A stretch of DNA of 64,000 nt from Candidatus Peregrinibacteria bacterium UBA1369 (GTDB lineage: Bacteria; Patescibacteriota; Gracilibacteria; UBA1369): NCBI GenBank assembly GCA_002305925.1, contig DBRL01000013.1:54540-118539 (forward strand), read 5' to 3'. The notes beneath the pieces were generated by a model that was not told the origin of the DNA, ran no database searches, and saw only the letters and a program-made list of their open reading frames with translations. Below are positions 19,568 to 28,521 of this stretch, in pieces; position 1 is the stretch's first letter, and the number at the start of each line of letters is the position of its first letter. A program made the translations under genes and the position numbers.

Positions 19568-19583
19568 TTTCACCGCAAGCAAA

Positions 19584-22418
19584 ATGGAAAGCCAAAAAGC
19601 CTACAAATATCAAAATATTTTCGACACTTTCGATAGCAGTGAATTGGGTCTGGATAACAATGAAGCGACCTTTCGCCTCAAAAAATTCGGCCCCAACCAG
19701 CTGGCCGTCAAAAAAGGTAAACCTCTGATCCTGCGTTTTCTGGAAGAATTTGCCGACCCGATGATGCTGCTGCTCATTTTCGCTACCATCATAGCCTTCT
19801 TCTCGGGAGACCATACCGATGCCGCCATAATTTTGATAGTGGTGATGCTCAACGGGCTAATCAGTTTTGTCCAGAAATACAAAGCGGAAAAAGCCGTCGA
19901 GGCTCTAAAAAAAATGGTTTCTCCGCAAGCACGGGTACTGCGTCAGCGACAACAGGTATTGATTGACACCGCCAACATCGTTCCCGGCGACGTGATCATC
20001 ATCAATGAAGGAGACACCATCCCCGCCGACGCAATAGTTTTTGCCGCCAACGAACTACAAACCTCGGAAGCGATTTTAACCGGAGAATCATTCCCGGTGA
20101 AAAAAAACGCCTTTGACGTTATTGAAAAAGGCAATGTCACCACCGTCGAAAATATCGTCTTCACCGGAACCACGGTCGCGCGCGGCAACGCCAAAGCTCT
20201 GGTCTTCAAGACAGGCATGGACACCGAATTCGGCAAAATCGCCGATTTGACACAGGAAACAAAAAAAGACCGCACCCCACTAGAACAGGAAATTCACAAA
20301 ATTGGCATCTTTGCCGCACAGATTACCATTGTCATTATTGCCATCATTTTCGTCTTTGAGCTGCTGGTACATCAGCGTTCAATCGTCAACAACATTCTTT
20401 TCGCGGCCTCCATCGCAGTAGCAGCTGTGCCTGAAGGTCTACCCGCGGTAATCACCATCGCTCTGGCCTTGGGCGTACAAAAGCTTTCAAGAAAAAAAGC
20501 CATTATCCGCCAACTGTCTTCGGTAGAAACTCTGGGAGCGACTACCGTCATCTGCACCGACAAAACCGGCACCTTGACCAAAAACGAGATGACCGTCACC
20601 CAGGCACTCCTCGATGATTTCTATGTCAGTTTCGAGGGCGCCGGCTACGCGCCCGTCGGTAAATTTCGCGTCTACACCGCTGACGAACAAATTCACGATC
20701 TGGAAAGCGGCAAAATCACACCGGAATTCAACAAAAAGCACCCCAAAATATCGACGGCCCTGAGCTGGTTCGGCCTGACAGCGGAACTTTGCAACAACGC
20801 CAATCTGGAAATCAAAGACAATCAATACAAACTGCTGGGAGACCCTACGGAAGGTGGGTTGCTCTCCATGGCCAAAAAGATCTCTTCCAACCGCAACTCG
20901 GAAATACGTCAAAATCTGCAGGAAACTCTGGAACTTCCCTTCGATTCCGAACGCAAAATGATGTCAAAAATATATTTGGACCGTCAACACGGCAAATATT
21001 ATCTCTTTGCCAAAGGAGCGCCTGAACAAATTATCAAAAATTGCGACCAGCGACTTCACGGAGGCAGACTGGCCATTCTTACCAAATCGGTAAAGTCTGA
21101 GCTGCTTGAACATAACGAGAAATTCAACCAAGAAGCTCTGCGGACAATCGCCCTGGCCTATCGTGAAATGTCTGCACATGAAACGGAAAATCTGTTTAAA
21201 CTGAAAGAATTTGAGGAAAAAATAGCCTTCGCCGAGAAAAAAATGATCTTTATCGGCCTGGCCGGCCTTTCCGATCCGCCACGCGAGGAAGTAGCCGAAG
21301 CGGTACGATTGACCAAAATAGCCGGCATCAAGAGTTACATTGTTACGGGAGACCACGGCTTTACCACGGCAGCCATTGCGAAAAAAATCGGTCTGATCGA
21401 TCCCCAAAAGCCTTACGAGATAATTACGGGAGAAGATTTGGAAAAAATAGAAGACCAGACTCTGCTGGAAAAATTCAAACAGCGGGATTTGGACCTAATT
21501 TTTTCCCGCACCAAACCGGAACACAAATTACGCCTGGTATCTCTGCTGAAAGAGAACCGAGAAATCGTCGCCGTCACCGGTGATGGGGTCAATGACGCCC
21601 CGGCTCTCAAACGGGCAGACATCGGAGTGGCGATGGGAATATCGGGCTCGGACGTATCCAAGGAAGCTGCCAACATGGTTCTGCTGGACGACAGTTACAG
21701 CACCATCGTCACAGCCATTCGCGAAGGAAGAACGATTTACGCCAATCTGAAAAAATTCATCTTTTTCATCTTTTCCTGCAATATCGGTGAACTGTTTACC
21801 ATCTTTGTCAGCCTACTGATCGGGCTGGTTTCACCACTGACTGCCATCCTGATTCTTACGGTCAATCTGGCTACCGACCTTCTGCCAGCCCTGGCACTGG
21901 GCCTGGAACCGGCCGAAAAAGACATCATGGAAAAAGCCCCGCGCCGAACCGATGAAAAAATCATGAACCGCCGTTTCGTATACCGGGTATTGGCCACTGG
22001 ATCATTGATGGGCATCATTTTGCTGACCCAATACATTTACAAGCTTTACAGCAGCGGCTGGAGCTGGGGAGCGACAATACCCGAAAATGTACTGGTGGAA
22101 GCCAGCAGCCTGGTATTCCTAAGTATGGTACTGATACAGGTGGCCAACTCCTTCAACGCCAAAAGCGAGGATAAATCGATTTTTGCCGTCAATCCTTTCA
22201 ATAACCACAAGCTTATCTGGGCCAACCTTTCTTCCGTGCTTATGGCAATTGCCGTAGTCGAATTGCCTTTTTTACAGCAATACTTTGATACCGCGTCACT
22301 GGGGTGGCAGGATTGGCTGCTCATCCTGGCCGGCTGCCTTATTATTATTATCTTCATGGAACTGTTCAAAGTAATGACCAGACGCAAACAGCCCCCCCAA
22401 AAACAGATCCCAGCATGA
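19584..22418 (+). CDS. Cation-transporting P-type ATPase, P2 (Ca2+/Mg2+-like) subfamily
   Basis: LTGESFPV (TGES), PEGLPAV, the phosphorylation site CTDKTGTLT, and TGDGVNDAPALK. There are about 10 hydrophobic segments. The ATG at 19584 avoids overlap with trmD; the track start is 19533. Confidence 0.92.
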   Translation: MESQKAYKYQNIFDTFDSSELGLDNNEATFRLKKFGPNQLAVKKGKPLILRFLEEFADPMMLLLIFATIIAFFSGDHTDAAIILIVVMLNGLISFVQKYKAEKAVEALKKMVSPQARVLRQRQQVLIDTANIVPGDVIIINEGDTIPADAIVFAANELQTSEAILTGESFPVKKNAFDVIEKGNVTTVENIVFTGTTVARGNAKALVFKTGMDTEFGKIADLTQETKKDRTPLEQEIHKIGIFAAQITIVIIAIIFVFELLVHQRSIVNNILFAASIAVAAVPEGLPAVITIALALGVQKLSRKKAIIRQLSSVETLGATTVICTDKTGTLTKNEMTVTQALLDDFYVSFEGAGYAPVGKFRVYTADEQIHDLESGKITPEFNKKHPKISTALSWFGLTAELCNNANLEIKDNQYKLLGDPTEGGLLSMAKKISSNRNSEIRQNLQETLELPFDSERKMMSKIYLDRQHGKYYLFAKGAPEQIIKNCDQRLHGGRLAILTKSVKSELLEHNEKFNQEALRTIALAYREMSAHETENLFKLKEFEEKIAFAEKKMIFIGLAGLSDPPREEVAEAVRLTKIAGIKSYIVTGDHGFTTAAIAKKIGLIDPQKPYEIITGEDLEKIEDQTLLEKFKQRDLDLIFSRTKPEHKLRLVSLLKENREIVAVTGDGVNDAPALKRADIGVAMGISGSDVSKEAANMVLLDDSYSTIVTAIREGRTIYANLKKFIFFIFSCNIGELFTIFVSLLIGLVSPLTAILILTVNLATDLLPALALGLEPAEKDIMEKAPRRTDEKIMNRRFVYRVLATGSLMGIILLTQYIYKLYSSGWSWGATIPENVLVEASSLVFLSMVLIQVANSFNAKSEDKSIFAVNPFNNHKLIWANLSSVLMAIAVVELPFLQQYFDTASLGWQDWLLILAGCLIIIIFMELFKVMTRRKQPPQKQIPA

Positions 22419-22747
22419 AAATGAAGGTTACCACAAAAACAGGGCTGCTGGAATTAATATGTTTGACACAGATACCTGTTGGAAAAGCTATAATCCTCTA
22501 CGTGACCGTAACCCCAAAAAGCCAGAAGAACATCCTGCAGAGCATCGCGCCGGATCCACAGGGCAATGGTTTTATGCTTAAAGCAAAAATACGCGGTGTC
22601 CCCGAAAACAATCAGGTCAACAATAATCTGCTGCGTTTTTTGGCCAAAGAATTGCACACCGGCGTATCGGCACTAAAGCTGGTTTCCGGACATCATTCCC
22701 GTCACAAAATTCTGCAAATCAATCAAAATGCTTTATCAAAACAGTAG
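22415..22747 (+). CDS. DUF167/YggU-like small protein
   Basis: 110 aa from MKMKVTT... The motifs VTPKSQKN...G.PENNQVNNNLLRFLAKEL..G...L.LVSGHHSRHK resemble the UPF0235 (YggU) pattern. The start overlaps the ATPase stop as ATGA. Confidence 0.7.
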   Translation: MKMKVTTKTGLLELICLTQIPVGKAIILYVTVTPKSQKNILQSIAPDPQGNGFMLKAKIRGVPENNQVNNNLLRFLAKELHTGVSALKLVSGHHSRHKILQINQNALSKQ

Positions 22748-23564
22748 GGAACTGCTGACATTATTACAAAAAGAAGGTCTGCATGCCAAACACCGCCTGG
22801 GACAGAATTTTCTAATTCAGCCGCAAATTATCGACAAAATCATCGCCGCAGCCGAGATCAAAAACACCGACCGGGTGCTGGAAATAGGTCCGGGACTGGG
22901 GATTCTGACCGAAAAACTCCTGGCGCAGGCCCAAAAAGTCACCGCAGTGGAAAAAGACCGGGAGCTCTACGATTTTCTGCAAAAGCACTTCAGGCAGGCA
23001 AAGAATCTAACTCTGATCAATGCTGACATTCTGCAAACTGAACCGCCCAGAGCGCCATACAAATTGATTGCCAACATACCCTATTACATCACCTCGCCGA
23101 TTATCAGCCATTTTCTGCGGGGCGGCGCTTCGCGCCGCCCCGACCTGCTGGTTTTGATGACCCAGCTGGAGGTCGCCCGCAAAATCTGCGCCAAAGCGGG
23201 GAACCACAGCATGCTTAGTCTGCAGACCCAGCTCTTCGCCGAACCGAAATTGATCCACCAGGTGAGTCGGGGTAATTTTTTCCCCGCCCCCAAAGTTGAC
23301 TCGGCCATACTGCTGCTGCGGCCCCGGCCGACCCCTCTACTGAAAAGATCCGAAGTCTTTCTCACCCTGATTGGATTGTCCTTCGGACAAAAAAGAAAAA
23401 CTCTGGCCAATTCTTTAGCCCGTTACCCCGGCCTGGACAAGCAAAAAGCCACCGAAACCATTCAGGCCGCCAATCTGGATCCGATGGCCCGACCGCAAAA
23501 TCTGGACTTTGCCGAATGGGCCCGCCTGACCGAACGACTACCCGACTCGCCCGCCCCCGCTTAA
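22728..23564 (+). CDS. rsmA: 16S rRNA (adenine1518/1519-N6)-dimethyltransferase
   Basis: 278 aa with HRLGQNFL, the SAM-binding segment VLEIGPGLGILT, and NIPYYITSPI. Confidence 0.93.
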   Translation: MLYQNSRELLTLLQKEGLHAKHRLGQNFLIQPQIIDKIIAAAEIKNTDRVLEIGPGLGILTEKLLAQAQKVTAVEKDRELYDFLQKHFRQAKNLTLINADILQTEPPRAPYKLIANIPYYITSPIISHFLRGGASRRPDLLVLMTQLEVARKICAKAGNHSMLSLQTQLFAEPKLIHQVSRGNFFPAPKVDSAILLLRPRPTPLLKRSEVFLTLIGLSFGQKRKTLANSLARYPGLDKQKATETIQAANLDPMARPQNLDFAEWARLTERLPDSPAPA

Positions 23565-26500
23565 TCAAAAAAGGCCTCCCTCAAGATTTTTCTTCATTTC
23601 GGAAAGTTTTTGCAAATCCACGCTTTTTTCAGACCGGGCCAAATCATCCATTGCTGACAAATATTTTTGCAACGCTGCAATTGTCTCTGATTTCAAAGCA
23701 TCAATCCGGGCGGCAAAATCAGAAAAACATGCCTTGACCAAGACAACGTTATTAAGTTTGTCAAGTTGGCGAAACTTTTCTTCCCAGCCCAGCCTCGCCC
23801 ACAAACCTTTTTGCAGCACCTCCAGACAGTCAATCTGATAAAAATACTGCTCATGCCCCTTTTCCAGAGCCAAAATTTGGCTTTCCGCAAAAGCCAAAAG
23901 ATTACGGTACTGCAGCTCAAAAGACGCCTTCAAAGCGGCAACTGTCGAATTTCGTGCCGTCTCCTCTTCGCCAAAAACGGTTTTGGTCACTTTTTTACCC
24001 TCCAGCCGGAAACCGCTGTACACATAAATGATTTTATCCCCGGCCGCTCCAAAAAGCGAACTACCCAGCTCCAGCGGCTCCAGCACTGTCGGCAGATAAT
24101 GCCACAATTCGGACAGACGTATTCCGTGCACTTCCACCTGGCGTCGCACTTTCTTCAGTTTCTTTTTCAAATGCCACAAATCAACCTCCTCCTTGAGACT
24201 ATCAATCTCACCCCCCTCGGCAATCACCGCACTATCCGCTGCAGAATCGCGCTCCCCCACCCCTTCACCGACATCAGCCGCCCTCACCACAAACCAGGGA
24301 TGTAACTCCGGATATTCCCTCAGATTTGCCGTCACCACCGCCCCGGACAGATCAATCAAATCAGCCACCTTCAAAACAATCACCGCGCGCCCGGGAAAAG
24401 CATGTTCATCGTAGCGGTAGTCCACCGGATAAGATTTCCCTGCCAGATACACCGACTCCGGGAAAAGCCGTGCCAACTTTTTCCTTTCTGCTGGCGTCAA
24501 AATTTCTTCCTCATTGAGCAGCAAAAACCCCTCTCCCCGCCCGGCCAGCAACCGGTCCAGCTGTTGCAGGGAAGCAACGGGCTCACGGGAAACAAGGCGT
24601 AGTTTCCGCAAATACCATTCACGCAGCCTCATGTCAGTCAAAGCCCAGCGCGGTTCATTCAACCGGGCGGCATAGGCTTTCAATTTGGCCACTGTCTCCT
24701 GATTTTTTTTCAGCCATGGATAATGTGAAATCAGTCCCCTCTTGACCAGCCCTTCCCGGACAAGAATTTCCTCCGCCTGCGCCGGATCTTTCTGACCGAT
24801 TTCCACCAGCCTGTCCCGAACTATGCGCTGCCCCCGGAAATAAACTTCCTCTTCGCGTACCACCCTACCGCTATGACGGTCAAATCTGATCGGTCCACTA
24901 CGCACCCTGCAGAGCTGCGGGGCAATTTCCTCCAACCATCTGATATCGATTACCGTATTATTTCTGGCATAGAGCCTGGTCGTTTCGACGATCTCCGCCG
25001 AGACAAAAAATTTTGGATGAAGGTTAAAAAGAGCGGATCCCGGATGAATCATTACGTTTTCCACCGTACGGGTGCGATATGTCTGGGGACTGCTTGCCTC
25101 ACAAAGATTCTGGATAAAACCGGATGAAATCGATTTGAGGATACCCTCCTTTTTGGAGAGATCAACCGATAGATCGGTCTGTCCCTCGACCAGCAAATAG
25201 CGTGAGAATTCATCTTTGGCAAATATATTCAAAGTATCCAGCAATTGCCGATAAATCTGCCCTATCTCACGAAAAAGCAGATGGTTGAGGTAATTGGACT
25301 GACAAAAAAGTTCCCGCTGAAGATCGTCTTTCAGTGCCTGTAATTTATTCCAGATGACCAAAAAAACCATTAAATCGGAGACCAGATCAAGTGCATGCTG
25401 ATCACGGTCACGCACCCGGCGCGTAAACACCCGCCTGCCCCGCCTGATTCTGACCGTCCTGTATTTGGCTCCCGCGCCAATCACCATGCGTTGAAAATAA
25501 CGCTTGGCCCGATCGGCCTCCTCCTCTTCGCCATTGGGGCGCAAAAAGGGATCTTTTACCGAAAGAGATGAAGCAATAATAGCCACCTCGCGCACACAGC
25601 CATATTTTTCCGCAGCCAGCAGCATGGCGGAAATACGGGGCTCCAGAGGCAAATGGGCCATTTTCACGCCGAGAGGAGTCAGGTTTTGCGCCTCGTCGAG
25701 AGCACCCAGTTCAATCAAATTGGCAATGGCATTGCGAAAGGCCTTGGGCTCCGGCGCGTCGATAAAGCTGAAACCGGTCAGATTGGCAATACCAATCAGT
25801 CGCATGTGCAAGACCACCGAAGAAAGATCGGAACGCTGAATTTCCGGTTGGGTGTATTGTTCACGTGCCTGGAAATCGGCCTCTGCGTATAGACGGATAC
25901 AATGCCCGGCCTCCACGCGTCCGGCCCGCCCGGCCCGCTGAATAGCCGAAGCCTGGGAAATGTTTTTCACTTCCAGACTGCCTATGCCGGTACGAAAATT
26001 AAAATCGGTCATCCGGGCCAGGCCGCTGTCGATGACATATTTAATGCCCGGTACGGTCAAAGAGGTTTCGGCGATGTTGGTGGCTACGACAACCTTGGTC
26101 TGTCCCGGGAAGTCCAGATAAATCAACTCCTGTTCGTCCATCGAAAGCCTCGAATAAAGCGGCAGACACTTCACCCTGATTCCGGCGGCCTCCTCAACCG
26201 CCCTGATGGTCTTGAAAATCTCAGCTTCGCCGGGCATAAAAACCAGCACATCCCCTCCGCCACCACCTGCAATCCCTTTGATCAGCCGGGCGATTTTTCC
26301 ATAGGGCTCCTCCCCCTCCTCCAGCGGATCGTAAACAATCTCCACCGGATAGAGACGGCCGGAGACATTGATCAGCGGTATCGGCGAAACCCGCCCTTCA
26401 CTGTCCACATTCAATTCTGCAAAAAAATCGGCGAATTTGCCGGCATCAAAAGTGGCTGAAGTAACGAGAATTTTCATGGCGGACAAACCGGCCGCCAACC

Positions 26501-26981
26501 GTTTCCCCTGAATATCCTTGAGCAGTCCCAGCAAAAAATCGATATTCAAATTACGTTCATGTGCCTCATCGACCAGAATGGCGTCATAGCGCGACAGCAG
26601 ACCGTCCCCCTTCATTTCCTGCAACAAAATACCATCGGTACAGATGTTGATGATCGTTCCGGCCGTGGTATCGTCGTCGAAACGAATTTTGTATCCCACC
26701 TCCTGTCCCAAATCCACTTCAGTTTCCTGGGCCATCCAGGTGGCTATCGAAACGGCGGCGATACGACGGGGCTGAGTGCAGGCAATTTTGAACTCTCCCA
26801 GCGCGTAATCGGTTTTTCGCAGTAAAGAAAGGGCCTCCAAAATCATTTTCGGTATCTGTGTCGATTTCCCAGAACCGGTCTCACCGACCACAATCACCAC
26901 CTGGTTCTCTTCTATTGCCTTTACAATCTCGTCCTTATGTGACGTAATAGGCAGAATCTCCGGATAATTTAGGCGCATCAA
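23565..26981 (-). CDS. hrpA: ATP-dependent DEAH-box RNA helicase, HrpA-like
   Basis: 1138 aa with GETGSGKSTQIP (motif I), DEAHERN (DEAH), TSATFD and IQRAGRAGR (motif VI), plus a long C-terminal extension. The track start is TTG at 26981, with an ATG one codon in at 26978. Confidence 0.9.
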   Translation of the reverse strand: MMRLNYPEILPITSHKDEIVKAIEENQVVIVVGETGSGKSTQIPKMILEALSLLRKTDYALGEFKIACTQPRRIAAVSIATWMAQETEVDLGQEVGYKIRFDDDTTAGTIINICTDGILLQEMKGDGLLSRYDAILVDEAHERNLNIDFLLGLLKDIQGKRLAAGLSAMKILVTSATFDAGKFADFFAELNVDSEGRVSPIPLINVSGRLYPVEIVYDPLEEGEEPYGKIARLIKGIAGGGGGDVLVFMPGEAEIFKTIRAVEEAAGIRVKCLPLYSRLSMDEQELIYLDFPGQTKVVVATNIAETSLTVPGIKYVIDSGLARMTDFNFRTGIGSLEVKNISQASAIQRAGRAGRVEAGHCIRLYAEADFQAREQYTQPEIQRSDLSSVVLHMRLIGIANLTGFSFIDAPEPKAFRNAIANLIELGALDEAQNLTPLGVKMAHLPLEPRISAMLLAAEKYGCVREVAIIASSLSVKDPFLRPNGEEEEADRAKRYFQRMVIGAGAKYRTVRIRRGRRVFTRRVRDRDQHALDLVSDLMVFLVIWNKLQALKDDLQRELFCQSNYLNHLLFREIGQIYRQLLDTLNIFAKDEFSRYLLVEGQTDLSVDLSKKEGILKSISSGFIQNLCEASSPQTYRTRTVENVMIHPGSALFNLHPKFFVSAEIVETTRLYARNNTVIDIRWLEEIAPQLCRVRSGPIRFDRHSGRVVREEEVYFRGQRIVRDRLVEIGQKDPAQAEEILVREGLVKRGLISHYPWLKKNQETVAKLKAYAARLNEPRWALTDMRLREWYLRKLRLVSREPVASLQQLDRLLAGRGEGFLLLNEEEILTPAERKKLARLFPESVYLAGKSYPVDYRYDEHAFPGRAVIVLKVADLIDLSGAVVTANLREYPELHPWFVVRAADVGEGVGERDSAADSAVIAEGGEIDSLKEEVDLWHLKKKLKKVRRQVEVHGIRLSELWHYLPTVLEPLELGSSLFGAAGDKIIYVYSGFRLEGKKVTKTVFGEEETARNSTVAALKASFELQYRNLLAFAESQILALEKGHEQYFYQIDCLEVLQKGLWARLGWEEKFRQLDKLNNVVLVKACFSDFAARIDALKSETIAALQKYLSAMDDLARSEKSVDLQKLSEMKKNLEGGLF

Positions 26982-27040
26982 TTTGTCTTATCAAGTATAC
27001 TTATTTTATATTACTCTCAAGCAATTCACCAGAAATTCGC

Positions 27041-28297
27041 ATGAATGGAACCATGAAAACTTTTTTGACCAATCACCAATTCTATCAGTATCTGGACTGG
27101 ACCAAATACCGTGAACAGATGGACAGACAGCTGGAATGTTCCATGAGCAGACACAACGAAAGCCAGCTGCATTTCAACAAGACCTGGGAAAAAATCGATC
27201 TGGCCGGCCGCGAACTGGATTTCCTGGTAATGGAGCTGGGAGGCATGTATCTTCGCCTCTACCATTGCCGCGTCATCAAAGGAAAACTGCAGACTCTGAA
27301 CAGCCGCAAAATTTCTTTTTATCAGAAAAAAGTCTACACCCCGGATATACTTTTTGCCGATCTGTACAGCCATCTGGAAAAATTCATCACCGGCGTCAAC
27401 CCGCTTCCGTCACTAATGGTTTTCTCTTTTGCCAACGCCCTCAAACCGGTCTGCAGCAAAAAGAACCGCATTGACGGAGAAATACTTTTTTGGGGCAAAA
27501 ACCACCGCCAGGAAGGTCTGCTCGGACTGAAACTGGGCGAACATTTTGAAAAATTCCTGCAGACAAAAAATCTGAGAGCCCTGGCCGTCAACGTCGCCAA
27601 TGACAGCAGTCTGGCCGTACTATCTGCGCGTCTCTCGCAAAAGACAGCTGCCAGTACCGTAATCAACCTGGTGGCCGGAAGTGGCACCAATATTGGCGTC
27701 GGCTACAACCATGGCCAAAACTACAAAGTCATCAATCTGGAATTCGGCAATCTCGACTTCATCCCTTACAGCAACTTCGACCATCAGCTCAATCATGAAA
27801 GCTCGACCCCCAACCGTTTTCGAACGGAAAAACTGTTCAGCGGAGCCTGGCAAAACAAACTTCTAACCATCATCATCGATCGGGCAATCAGTGAAGGACT
27901 GTTCGAAAAGGAAAAAGGGCTGGAAGCCCTGCGCACGATGACATCGGAGGAACTGGAACAATTCTTCAGTCAAAAAAACAGTGACCTAAAATGCTTTCCG
28001 GCCATCCGTCTGGCCTGGCGGGAAATCGCCAAACGCGGGTCCTTTGTCTGCGCGCTGGCCCTGGCACGCATCATCGACCATCTTGCCGTCAACAAGCTCC
28101 TGCCCAAAGGAGTGACCATAGTCGAAGTCGGTGCCCTGCCCGAGCACTGTCCCGGTTTCCGTCGTGATCTGGAAAAACATCTGGCTGAACTGCTCACCGA
28201 AAACCCGCACACCCGCAAAATCAAGCCCGAAATTCTGCTCTCCCCCGAACCGACCTGCTGCGGCGCCGCCACCCTGCTGGCCGCTATCAATCATTGA
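27041..28297 (+). CDS. Hexokinase-family sugar kinase (divergent)
   Basis: 418 aa. The motif order mirrors hexokinase: LVMELGGMYLRL (LGGTNFR-like), MVFSFANAL (FSFP-like), NVANDSS (NDT-like), AGSGTNIGVGY (GTGTNACY-like), INLEFGNL (NMEWG-like), TEKLFSGAWQ (EKMISGMY-like) and C-terminal CCGAATLLAA. Recognised from memory, not searched. Confidence 0.6.
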   Translation: MNGTMKTFLTNHQFYQYLDWTKYREQMDRQLECSMSRHNESQLHFNKTWEKIDLAGRELDFLVMELGGMYLRLYHCRVIKGKLQTLNSRKISFYQKKVYTPDILFADLYSHLEKFITGVNPLPSLMVFSFANALKPVCSKKNRIDGEILFWGKNHRQEGLLGLKLGEHFEKFLQTKNLRALAVNVANDSSLAVLSARLSQKTAASTVINLVAGSGTNIGVGYNHGQNYKVINLEFGNLDFIPYSNFDHQLNHESSTPNRFRTEKLFSGAWQNKLLTIIIDRAISEGLFEKEKGLEALRTMTSEELEQFFSQKNSDLKCFPAIRLAWREIAKRGSFVCALALARIIDHLAVNKLLPKGVTIVEVGALPEHCPGFRRDLEKHLAELLTENPHTRKIKPEILLSPEPTCCGAATLLAAINH

Positions 28298-28338
28298 ATC
28301 TACGACCCATTACCACCACCACTGTCACCATCGTCACC

Positions 28339-28521
28339 ATGCCTCCCAAAAATCCACCCCAAAAAACCGGCAACCCGGAACTGACCACGCGCGACCGCCA
28401 AATCCTGGAACAGATCGGCTACCTGGCCATTCACCGCGCCAGTAAAAAAATCGTCACCGACCGCAAAAAACAATTTTTCAACCAACTGCAACAAGATGGC
28501 AAGGGAACCTCTCAAAATTGA
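28339..28521 (+). CDS. Hypothetical small protein (weakly supported)
   Basis: A 60-aa ORF from the ATG at 28339 (track ORF 28294 uses TTG). It overlaps the next ORF by 26 nt. No recognisable motifs. Confidence 0.25.
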   Translation: MPPKNPPQKTGNPELTTRDRQILEQIGYLAIHRASKKIVTDRKKQFFNQLQQDGKGTSQN

